Shown here one piece after another: positions 11,567 through 19,733 of a stretch of DNA of 64,000 bases (the stretch's first letter is position 1; each line of letters starts with the position of its first letter). The stretch spans positions 344,645-408,644 of the forward strand of contig CAWCBA010000005.1 of assembly GCA_963793675.1 (NCBI GenBank), read 5' to 3'. The notes under the pieces are model-generated. The model searched no databases, had not been told where the DNA came from, and saw only the letters and a program-made list of their open reading frames with translations. Origin of the DNA: an uncultured Gammaproteobacteria bacterium (GTDB taxonomy: Bacteria; Pseudomonadota; Gammaproteobacteria; Steroidobacterales; Steroidobacteraceae). Position numbers and translations under genes: made by a program.

Positions 11567-12205
11567 CTAGAGCACGACCTTACTGACTTCCCGCGAAAAG
11601 TCACTCTGCGTCCCGGCGTCCGTCACGGCCGTCACTGCGAAATACCACCGGGCCTGCGCCAGACTCTCGATCGTGGCCGACGTGATACTCGGACTGCCGA
11701 CGGACACTGAATAATCGTACTGGCCGGACACCAGGCCGTAGTGGATCTGGTACCCGACCAGGTTGCTGAGCTGGGTACCGTCGACATTCTGTGTCGGGCG
11801 CGTCCACGACAACGTCACCGGTGTTGTGGTCGACGCAGCCTGCACCACTTTGATCGAGAACGCCGGTAGCGATCTGGTTGCGATGCCATCGCTGACGCGG
11901 ATGACGATGTTCGAATACGTCCCTATCCTGGACGCGGATGGCGTACCCGTCAGCCTGCCGGTCGTGCTGCTGAACGTGGCCCAGGCAGGCTTGTTGCTGA
12001 CCTTGAATGTCAGCTTGTTGCCGTCTGGGTCCGACGCGGTCGGCTGGAAGGAGTAGATCTTGCCGACATAGGCAGTGGTGGCCGGATTTCCGGAGATGAG
12101 GGGCGCCCTGTTGGCCGCTGAGGCCACCGCCGGTTGGCAGAAATACAGTACCAGGCACAGAATGGAAACGACTGGAGACTTGCCTCCAGCAAACGGTAAT
12201 TGCAT
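11567..12205 (-). CDS. secreted protein with putative Ig (He_PIG/cadherin-like) and fibronectin type III domains
   Basis: The likely start is MQLPFAGG (ATG 12205) with a signal peptide ending VASA. The Ig-like block is PLISGNPATTAYVGKIYSFQPTASDPDGNKLTF..TGRLTGTP. The FN3-like block is VTLSWTRPTQNVDGTQLSNLVGYQIHYG. GC is lower than in neighbouring genes. Confidence 0.7.
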   Translation of the reverse strand: MQLPFAGGKSPVVSILCLVLYFCQPAVASAANRAPLISGNPATTAYVGKIYSFQPTASDPDGNKLTFKVSNKPAWATFSSTTGRLTGTPSASRIGTYSNIVIRVSDGIATRSLPAFSIKVVQAASTTTPVTLSWTRPTQNVDGTQLSNLVGYQIHYGLVSGQYDYSVSVGSPSITSATIESLAQARWYFAVTAVTDAGTQSDFSREVSKVVL

Positions 12206-12969
12206 CACTAATGCGGTCCCTCTCGCGCAATCGCACCCGGCGATTGCGCGCATCGGTCAGCCCCAATTTTTTCACTGCCCGCGCCTGCGGCGCGTCTAAT
12301 GGCTGACTCAGGGACGACGCAAACCGGCGCCTGCCGATTTGCGGCAGGACCAGAGAGGGATGCGCGGGTGGATATTCCAAAGGTCGCAATGACCGAGGGA
12401 ACTATCGACTGCCGGCAGCCCCGCTATCCTCGGAATGTTTCCGAGGACCGGAGGTTTTGCGACCCTGCCTTACGGCAGGTTTGCCTTTGTCAGCGTTCGG
12501 CCGAACGGCCGCGGCCTGCCCATGCGAGCTGGACCGACACCGTCAGGATGCTCTGCGCCGTTCCCCCTTCCCGGAGACGACGCAGGCCTGTACGGAGTGA
12601 GCGGAGTATCGACACGCACACGAAGGGAACAAGAGCGAATTTGTCGCACATCGCAGACATAACTCGTCGTGCGCGATTGTGTCCGGCAAGGAACTTGAAT
12701 CCTTTCAGTGATGTGCGGACGAAATCTCGCGGACACTTCTCCGACTTATGTCATGTACGACTCGCCAGCCGACTACGGATGCGCCGGTCCAGGCGGACAC
12801 ACGGGGTATCTGCACGGAGGAGATCAAGCGGTGATGGTTGCCCACGCTGTGAACATGCGCGCACGCACGGCGCAATCCGGCTCATAGCTCCGTATTCACC
12901 GGAGAAGATCGCTGCCCCCGGCACCCAGGCCGGGAGCATTGAGACGAGCGCTCTGGCGTGGATGGCAGT

Positions 12970-13003
12970 CAAAAAAAAGAGGCAGGATTACCCGCCCCTC
13001 TCG
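12970..13003 (-). terminator. possible rho-independent terminator (weak stem, T8 tract on minus strand)
   Basis: Minus strand reads gagaggggcgggtaatcctgcctc followed by TTTTTTTT. It lies ~140 nt downstream of the small ORF ending at 13143. Confidence 0.3.
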
Positions 13004-13142
13004 AAATGACCAATGAGGTCTACTTCGTCTTCTTCTTAGCGCGTGCCTTTTCGTTCAGCGAATCCTTAGGCCTCACGCACTATTACACTGGGTAAAACCG
13101 GTATTGGTGCAGATTGAACTTATTCCCTGGGCAAGCCAGCTG

Positions 13143-13505
13143 CTAGTGATCCGTTACTCTCCGCCCGGCGCTCGCGCGTCGCCCCCCGCCGTTCGCCAGC
13201 TGGGAACTCAGGGCCCATACATCCCGTTGGCGGCGATCAGATCCGTCGCGACGATCTTCGTGATGGACGTACCGGCATTCACACGCTCTGACGTTGCAGG
13301 TTGGTTGCGGCAGTGGCGGCGCTTCACCGGAGAGAAACCGCCGGCCACCAAACTTCTGCGCCGTCGAGTAACAACCCGGACCAGCCTTGATGCTGACGGC
13401 ATGATAGGGGTTGCTGACGTGGTGGAAGTGCATCGGGCGACCGGACAACCGCACCGTCGCCTGAATGCGCTTGCGTTCCCACCATGAGAATAGATTGAAT
13501 TCCAT
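13143..13505 (-). CDS. small Cys- and Arg-rich hypothetical protein
   Basis: MEFNLFSWWERKR...HAVSIKAGPGCYSTAQKFGGRRFLSGEAPPLPQPTCNVRACECRYVHHEDRRDGSDRRQRD. A strong SD (GAGGAG) lies 7 nt upstream of the ATG at 13505. Amino-acid composition is varied, unlike the GC-artefact ORFs. Confidence 0.55.
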   Translation of the reverse strand: MEFNLFSWWERKRIQATVRLSGRPMHFHHVSNPYHAVSIKAGPGCYSTAQKFGGRRFLSGEAPPLPQPTCNVRACECRYVHHEDRRDGSDRRQRDVWALSSQLANGGGRRASAGRRVTDH

Positions 13506-13571
13506 GGTCCAGCTCCTCGCTCGAGCGGCACCCACAATCTTTATGTGCTGATTCTAGCGTCCGCATCGCCC

Positions 13572-13602
13572 AGGGTCGAGGTTCGATTCCCCTGCCCTCG
13601 CG
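13572..13602 (+). other. degenerate tRNA 3'-half remnant (T-arm GGTTCGATTCC, no CCA, no cloverleaf)
   Basis: agggtcgaggttcgattcccctgccctcgcg resembles the variable/T-arm/acceptor part of the live tRNA-Ala at 14556-14631 (aggtcgagggttcgatccccttccgctcc). It is on the opposite strand and does not fold. Confidence 0.35.
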
Positions 13603-13909
13603 GTGCTGCGCCGTGAGTGCGACGACGTCGGGAGAATTTTCTGATCCGTCAATGGCTACCGCCGTCTAGTTCGAGCGATACCTAGCGCCACCCGCGTCGG
13701 GCCAGGTGGCACACGCGCCTCGATTGATGGGGTGCTACAGAGCTTGGGTGACGCTCACGCGTGCGATTCGCGCCAGTTCGTTGACCGTCATCATCAGGGG
13801 GAGTACGGTTCCGAGATGCCGTGCCGACAGGATTTCAGGAGTCGGTCCCGGTGAAATGCCAGTAACAGCCGTGGGCAGATTGACCCGCGTAACACGAGGG
13901 AGAGAATCG

Positions 13910-14359
13910 ATGCGAAAAATGACCATGCTTGCCGCTCTGGCCGTCTTCGGGCTTTCTGCGACGGCGCAGTCCGCGGAAATCTACAAGGACTACGTGCCGA
14001 GCAAGGCCGTCTGGAACGTCACGATGGTCAAAGTCGTCCCCAATCGCATCGACGACTACCTCGGCGGCCTCAAGCGGAGCTGGGTAGACGGCTGCGCCAT
14101 CAGCAAGAAGCAGGGCGTGATCGAGGATTGCAGTATCTTCGTCAGCGAAACCAGCGCCGGCGGGGACTTCAACGTCATGCTGGTGCAGAAATTCGTCAGC
14201 GGCGAAATGATGGAACCCAACGAAGCCCGCTATAACGCCTTCATGGCGGAGTTCCGCAAGGGACTGGAGAAGGCGAAGCAGGACGAACTCGTGAAGGGAT
14301 ACGAGGAGTTCCGCAGCTTCTTTGGTGAAATGAACTTCCGTCGCGTCGAATGGAAGTGA
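13910..14359 (+). CDS. secreted hypothetical protein
   Basis: The start is MRKMTMLAALAVFGLSATAQSAE (ATG 13910) with GAGGGAGAG SD-like sequence upstream and a signal peptide with AQSA cleavage. The mature part is balanced and Lys/Glu-containing. A strong terminator follows. Confidence 0.7.
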   Translation: MRKMTMLAALAVFGLSATAQSAEIYKDYVPSKAVWNVTMVKVVPNRIDDYLGGLKRSWVDGCAISKKQGVIEDCSIFVSETSAGGDFNVMLVQKFVSGEMMEPNEARYNAFMAEFRKGLEKAKQDELVKGYEEFRSFFGEMNFRRVEWK

Positions 14360-14383
14360 CTTCACGCTGACGCAAGCCAAAAC

Positions 14384-14410
14384 GGGGCAGCCGCGAGGCT
14401 GCCCTTTTTT
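14384..14410 (+). terminator. rho-independent terminator
   Basis: gggcagcc-gcga-ggctgccc followed by TTTTTT. Confidence 0.8.
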
Positions 14411-14436
14411 GTATTCAAGCCACGCAATCGCGATGA

Positions 14437-14512
14437 TGGTGCCCCGGGCAGGAGTTGAACCTGCGACCTACCGCTTAGGAGGCGGTCGCTCTATCCACTG
14501 AGCTACCGGGGC
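14437..14512 (-). tRNA. tRNA-Arg (anticodon CCT)
   Basis: The reverse complement GCCCCGGTAGCTCAGTGGATAGAGCGACCGCCTCCTAAGCGGTAGGTCGCAGGTTCAACTCCTGCCCGGGGCACCA folds as a 76-nt cloverleaf with anticodon loop CTCCTAA. Confidence 0.95.
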
Positions 14513-14555
14513 ATGCGGTCCGGAGTGTGGCGGCGGAGTAGCCTGACGGGAAAAA

Positions 14556-14631
<76 letters not shown>

Positions 14632-14645
14632 ACACGAGGGCGCGC

Positions 14646-14673
14646 ATTGTAGCATCGGGTTGCCGCACCGCAA
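14646..14673 (-). promoter_or_regulatory. candidate sigma70 promoter of the tRNA-Ala/tRNA-Arg unit
   Basis: Minus strand reads TTGCGG, a 16-nt spacer, TACAAT, then the GC-rich discriminator GCGCGCC just upstream of the tRNA-Ala 5' end. Confidence 0.5.
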
Positions 14674-14705
14674 CCGCAGTCTTCCAGGCCCGGTATGATT
14701 CACGC

Positions 14706-15194
14706 ATGAACCTGCGAATCCGTGACGCAAAGCCCTCTGACCAGGAATTCCTGGCACACGGCAACGAGGCCATGGCGCTCGAGACGGAGCACAAGCGACT
14801 CGATCCGGTGACGATCCGTCGCGGCGTCGCCGCCGCCCTCGAGAATCCGGCACACGGCCGTTATTTCGTGGCCGAGGACGATGCGGGCAATGCCGTCGGC
14901 CAGCTCATGATCACGTACGAGTGGAGCGACTGGCGCAACGGCCAGTTCTGGTGGATCCAGAGCGTTTACGTGACGCCACCAGCGCGGCGCGGCGGCGTAT
15001 TCCGCGCATTGTACGATCACGTCGACACGCTGGCCCGCAGCACACCGGGCGTCATCGGCTTGCGGCTCTACGTCGAACTGGACAACGAGGCCGCGCGCCG
15101 CACCTACGAGCGCTGCGGCATGCGCGACGGTGGCTACCGCGTCATGGAAGTGGACAACTCTGGCGCCATTAAGGGCGCCAACGAAGGAGACTGA
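14706..15194 (+). CDS. GNAT family N-acetyltransferase
   Basis: 162-aa ORF with a GNAT motif A-like region (WWIQSVYVTPPARRGGVFRALY). Confidence 0.85.
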   Translation: MNLRIRDAKPSDQEFLAHGNEAMALETEHKRLDPVTIRRGVAAALENPAHGRYFVAEDDAGNAVGQLMITYEWSDWRNGQFWWIQSVYVTPPARRGGVFRALYDHVDTLARSTPGVIGLRLYVELDNEAARRTYERCGMRDGGYRVMEVDNSGAIKGANEGD

Positions 15195-15196
15195 CC

Positions 15197-15652
15197 GTGC
15201 TCAAGAAGGGATCCCAAGCGCCGGAATTCGACCTCGAGGACCAGGACGGCAAGCGCCATACGCTGAAGTCGCTGCTCGCGAAGGGGCCGTTGATCCTCTA
15301 TTTCTATCCCGCCGACTTCACGCCGGGCTGCACCAAGGAAGCCTGCACCTTCCGCGACCTGCAGAACGATCTGGTGCGGGCCAAGCTGCGCGTGGTCGGG
15401 GTCAGTCCGCAGGATGCCGAGTCGCACAAGAAGTTCGCAGCCAGGCACAACCTCAATTTCCCGCTGCTCGCCGACCCGGACAAGAAAGCGGTCAAGGCCT
15501 ATGACGTGGACGGTCCGCTCGGATTCGGGGTGCGTCGTGGCACGTACCTGATCGGTGCGGACGGCAAGATCCAGGACTCGGTGCTGGCCGACCTGCGGAT
15601 CGGGGCGCACGAGGAATTCGTGCAGGCGGCTCTTGCGGCAGGCGCTGTCTGA
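15197..15652 (+). CDS. peroxiredoxin, Bcp-type (paralogue 1)
   Basis: 151-aa ORF (GTG start) with YFYPADFTPGCTKEAC (peroxidatic and resolving Cys, CxxxxC). Confidence 0.9.
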   Translation: MLKKGSQAPEFDLEDQDGKRHTLKSLLAKGPLILYFYPADFTPGCTKEACTFRDLQNDLVRAKLRVVGVSPQDAESHKKFAARHNLNFPLLADPDKKAVKAYDVDGPLGFGVRRGTYLIGADGKIQDSVLADLRIGAHEEFVQAALAAGAV

Positions 15653-15656
15653 GCAT

Positions 15657-15680
15657 GGGGCTAGGGGTTAGGGGTGGTGG
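15657..15680. repeat. G-run heptad repeat (GGGGCTA GGGGTTA GGGGTGG TGG), partial copy of the element inside dnaE2
   Basis: It lies in the 86-nt AT-richer spacer between convergent genes and shares GGGGCTAGGGG-TAGGGGT with 46726-46745. Confidence 0.6.
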
Positions 15681-15738
15681 TTAAGCGAGTTTGATCCGTT
15701 GACTAGTTAACAATCTTAAAATCATACTGTTACGAGCA

Positions 15739-16332
15739 CTATCTCGACATTGATGCAGGTTTTTCCGGTGGCGTCGGCTGTCCATAGCGCAGCCGCAGCA
15801 CGCGGGTTTCACCCGGGCTCGGTATTACCACGACATAGATGGCATCGAATTCATCGTCGCGCATGGCGTAGTCACTGCCGCTCAGCTGACTGATCACACC
15901 CGGCAGAGTCGTCGCGTAGCCCACTACGGCCACCGTCTTGCCCCGATGCTCCCGCTTGATGCGAGCGGCAAGACCGGACCAGTCGCTGCTCGCGATGACA
16001 TTGATCGGCAACTTGAACTCGTTGGCGATGGGCGCCGCGGTCTGCTGGGCCCGCCGCGTATCGGCGGCATAGAGATAGTCGACCTTGCGGTCGGCCAGCG
16101 CGTCGTCGATCAAGGCACCCAGCGCCGCCACGCGCTTCTCACCGGCCGGACTCAGGTCCGGATCGCCCGAGGTGCTTTCACCTGCTTCGGCATGCCGAAC
16201 CAGCACCACGACGGTCGTCCGGGCCCAGGTGCCGAGCCAATAGACGCCAGCCGCCGCCATCAGGATTCCGAGCAACGGAATCAGCAGCGGCGCCATGAAG
16301 GGGCGACGGCGGAACTTGGTCAGCGGGTCCAT
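15739..16332 (-). CDS. membrane-anchored histidine phosphatase family protein (SixA/PGAM-like)
   Basis: N-terminal TM (PLLIPLLGILMAAAGVYWL) followed by VVLVRHAE (RHG-type motif) and a VVGYATTLP region. Confidence 0.8.
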   Translation of the reverse strand: MDPLTKFRRRPFMAPLLIPLLGILMAAAGVYWLGTWARTTVVVLVRHAEAGESTSGDPDLSPAGEKRVAALGALIDDALADRKVDYLYAADTRRAQQTAAPIANEFKLPINVIASSDWSGLAARIKREHRGKTVAVVGYATTLPGVISQLSGSDYAMRDDEFDAIYVVVIPSPGETRVLRLRYGQPTPPEKPASMSR

Positions 16333-16362
16333 CGCAGCATGATAACGAATCGGGCCACCGCC

Positions 16363-17447
16363 CTACTCCCGCCATTCCTTGAATGCGGGGGATTCCACGA
16401 GTCGCCACTCGCCCGGCTTCGCGGTGCGTTCCACGAACAGGGCGGGAACCCGCAGTGCCTGCGTCCAGGCGAGCCCGGCCTCGGTGCCCATGACCATCAG
16501 GGCCGTCGCATAGGCATCGGCCTGCATCGCATTCGCGTCGATCACGGTGACCGCAGTCAGCGCGCCCGCAACCGTGCGCCCGGTGCGGGGATCAATGGTG
16601 TGGAAATACACGTGGCCTTCTGAGTCGACGCGTGCGTCTCGGTAATCGCCCGACGTGGACACGGCGGCATCACGCAATCGCAGGCCGACCAGGGGTTCAC
16701 GCTCGGTCGCGAGCGGCGCTTCGATCGCGATCCGCCACGGACCGCCCTCCGGCCGTTGCCCTGCGGCACGAACTTCGCCCCCGATCTCGACGATGAAGTC
16801 ACGATGCCCGAGCGCCCGCACCTCGGTCGCGATGCGGTCCACCGCGTAGCCGGGCGCAATGCCGTCCACGGTCAGCCGCATGCCGCTCGCTCGCTTGCGG
16901 ACCGACGTACGCGGCGCATTGCCAAGCTCGAGTTTGGCGTACCCAACGCTCGTCGCGGGCCTGTCGGAGCTGATCGAACGTGGGCGGCGTGAAGGTCGTT
17001 CGCGCGGCGACTTCGACGCTCCCGGGCTCGTAGCCCCACAGTTCCAGCAACGGCGCCACGGTGACGTCAAACGCTCCTCCCGTCAGCTCGCTCACGTCGT
17101 GCGCTTCCTGCAACACGACGAAACAGGGTCGGCGAGACCTCCTGCCACGAGCCGCTCTCGTCCCGGTTGAGCATCGAGATCTCGCTCGTTCGTTGTATGT
17201 CGACAGGTGCTGTTCGGTCTCGAGCGAGCACGCGATCGATTGCAGACTGCACGGCGCGGCGCTTCTGCAACGAGTCCGCACCCGACACGGTGACGTGGTA
17301 AGTCGTTCCCATCGTCGGCCCGGCGAACTGCGCGGGCTCCGGCGGACGCGCGCACGCACTGACGAGGACGACGCCGCGCAGATGACCAGCCAGCACTGAA
17401 CTGCCGACCCTGACTGCGCGAACGAGCCGGGCGTGGACGGGCGCCAT
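16363..17447 (-). pseudogene. apbE: FAD:protein FMN transferase ApbE, interrupted by about 4 indels (as sequenced)
   Basis: ApbE blocks are spread over three frames. They are lipobox LVSAC + GPTMGTTYHVTV, then LETEQHLSTYNER, then SEISMLNRDESGSWQEVSPTLF, then VVLQEAHDVSELTGGAFDVTVAPLLELWGY, then VGYAKLELG..LTVDGIAPGYAVDRIA..HTIDPRTG. Frame changes fall near 17221-17225, 17187-17192, 17117-17121 and 16945-16950. Confidence 0.8.
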
Positions 17448-19019
17448 CACTGTTTCGCGATCGCTGCCTTGCCGCCTCGCAATACGAACTTCTGGATCTT
17501 GCCGGTGGCCGTCTTGGGCAGTTCCTGCACGAACGTGAAGGCGGAAGGCACCTTGAAATGGGCCAGCACGCTGCGGGCGAATTCGCGCATTTCCTCGGCC
17601 GTCGCCGCCTGACCAGGCCGCAGCACGACGAACGCATGTGGCGATTCACCCCAACGCTCGTGCGGCATGCCGACGACCGCGACCTCGAGAACCGCCGGAT
17701 GCCGCAGCAGCGCGCCTTCGACTTCGATGGACGAGATGTTCTCGCCGCCGCTGATGATCACGTCCTTGTAGCGGTCGCGGATCTCGACGTAACCGTCAGG
17801 ATGCACGACGGCCGCGTCACCGGTGTGAAAATAGCCGCCGCGGAACGCCTTCTCGGTCGCTTCCGGGTCGTTGTAGTACCCCTTCATCACGACGTTGCCA
17901 CGCGCCACGATCTCGCCGAGCGTGGCGCCGTCCCAGGGAACGTCGTGCATCGCTTCGTCGACGACCCGCAGGTCACCGGACGTCATGAGTTCGACGCCCT
18001 GCCTCGCCTTGATCCGCGCGCGCTCGCCGGGTTCGAGCGCGTCGTGCTCGGGCAACGGCGCACAGATCGAGATGAACGGCGCCGTCTCGGTGAGGCCGTA
18101 GGCCTGAGTGATGGTCCAGCCGAGTTCACCTTCCATGCGTTCGATCGTGGCAGCTGCTGGCGGAGCGCCGGCCGTCGCGACACGGATCCCGCGCCGCAAT
18201 GACTTGCGCCCTTCCTCCGGCCCGTTGGCGATGGCGATGAGTACCGTCGGCGCGGCGCAGAGCATCGTGATGCGCTCCTGGTTCACGAATCGATAGATCG
18301 TCGCCGCCTCGACCTGGCGCAGGCACACGTGCAGCGCGGCCGCCGCTGTCACCATCCACGTGTAGGTCCAGCCGTTGGCGTGGAACATCGGCAGCGTCCA
18401 CAGGTAGCGGTCGGCCGGCGTCATCGGCAGGTGTGCGAGCGTGCCGATCGCATTCACCCAGGCGTTACGGTGCGTGATCATCACGCCTTTCGGGCGCGAG
18501 GTGGTGCCGCTGGTGTAGTTGATCGAAAGCAGGTCGCCCTCGTCGATGGCAGGGCCCTTGAACACGCCGTCGCTCGCGGCAAGCAGTTGTTCGTATTCGA
18601 GCCAGCCCGGCTTGCTGCCCTCCAGCGCCACGAAATGCTCGACCGTCGTCATCTGGCTGCGCACGCTGTCGACCGTATCGAGATAGTCCGCATGCACGCA
18701 CAGGACCTTGGTGCCACTGTGGTTCGCCAGGTAGACGAAGTCGTCCGCGACCAGTCGATAGTTCATCGGCACGATGACCGCGCCCAACTGCGGCACCGCG
18801 TAATACTGCTCGAGGTGCTGATGCGTGTTGGGTGCCAAGCGTCGCCACGCGGTCGCCCTGCCGCACGCCCAGTTTCGCCAGTGCAGTCGACCATCGATCG
18901 CAACGCTGGCCAAACTCCTCGTAAGTAAGGCGCAAGTCGCCGTCGACGACGGCCTCGCGCGAGCCATGGATCTTGCGCGCCCGGCGCAGGAAATCGAGCG
19001 GGGTGAGGGGGGTTTCCAT
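17447..19019 (-). pseudogene. acyl-CoA synthetase / AMP-dependent ligase, one frameshift near 18835-18839 (as sequenced)
   Basis: The N-terminus METPLTPLDFLRRARKIHG..GDRVATL is in the frame of ORF 18465..19025. The rest (LAPNTHQHLEQYYAVPQLGAVIVPMNY...YTSGTTSRPKGV...GYYNDPEAT..TGDAA..PKTATGKIQK) is in the frame of ORF 17447..19711. Confidence 0.85.
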
Positions 19020-19525
19020 GTGCAATGACTTGGTGAGGAGGGACAGTGATTCTGCCCCCGCGCACCGGCTTCCGCACGCTCGAATGGGCTACCTGCAGGT
19101 GACCCTGCCGGCATGCCCCCGCGTCCAGAATACAGGGCGTATTCATCGAGTCCGGTGGCGCCACCCAACGCGTCGCGGCGGTTCCGGGGCCAGACGTTGA
19201 TGCCGGCCGCGCCAAGCGTTGGCGTCCCAGGCAGCGGCGGGACCTGTGGCGGCGAATGTGTGCTGCGCCACCCGCATCGTGACGCCTGCCGAACACTGGG
19301 CTTCACGGCTGCCACACCCCGTCGAGGACGAACAGATCGTCGTGGCCTGGGATCCTCGGGGCCGTCGATCACCTTGAGACGTGCTTGAGTAAAATCTCGT
19401 AGATGTTTGATTTTACGAAACTTACATCTCAACACTGACGCCGGATGGCCTGCCAGTTGGCGCGCGCATGGCGCCCCCGAAAAGGCTCCAAACCTGGCTC
19501 GGCCTCGCTCGAACCTGGGAGAGGT

Positions 19526-19552
19526 AAACGAAAAACGCCCCTTGCGGGGCGC
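19526..19552 (-). terminator. rho-independent terminator downstream of tRNA-Ser
   Basis: Minus strand reads cgcccc-gcaa-ggggcg followed by TTTTTCGTTT. Confidence 0.6.
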
Positions 19553-19567
19553 TTTGTTGCCTGTATG

Positions 19568-19659
19568 TGGCGGAGAGGGTGGGATTCGAACCCACGTACA
19601 CCCGTTAAGATGTAACTGGAATTCCAGTCCAGCGCCTTCGACCGCTCGGCCACCTCTCC
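19568..19659 (-). tRNA. tRNA-Ser (anticodon GGA)
   Basis: The reverse complement is GGAGAGGTGGCCGAGCGGTCGAAGGCGCTGGACTGGAATTCCAG...GGGTTCGAATCCCACCCTCTCCGCCA. It has a long variable arm and anticodon loop CTGGAAT. Confidence 0.95.
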
Positions 19660-19733
19660 GTAGGGGGCGGAAGGGTACACGCCCCTTGCCTACCCGGCTA
19701 GTAGCCTCCATCGATCCCCGGGCACGGTCGAAA

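Noticed and set aside
12299-13009. 236-aa ORF in the non-coding stretch.
   Set aside because: Its composition is Arg/Ser/Cys-rich, it has no SD, and it crosses several perfect hairpins and an A8 tract. No motif is recognisable.
13540-13606. Possible tmRNA (gctgattctag resembles the ssrA 5' GGGGCUGAUUCUGG; a T-arm-like GGTTCGATTCC lies nearby).
   Set aside because: The two pieces are only about 30 nt apart. There is no tag reading frame, no pseudoknot region, no complementary acceptor stem and no CCA end.
13620-13909. Possible riboswitch in the 290-nt leader of the secreted-protein gene.
   Set aside because: I could not match any riboswitch core I know (TPP, cobalamin, SAM, glycine, c-di-GMP). 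The region also carries the HTH remnant on the opposite strand.
19020-19711. N-terminal extension of ORF 17447..19711 (754 aa).
   Set aside because: It runs straight through tRNA-Ser (19568-19659) and its terminator. The real acyl-CoA synthetase N-terminus is in another frame and starts at 19019.
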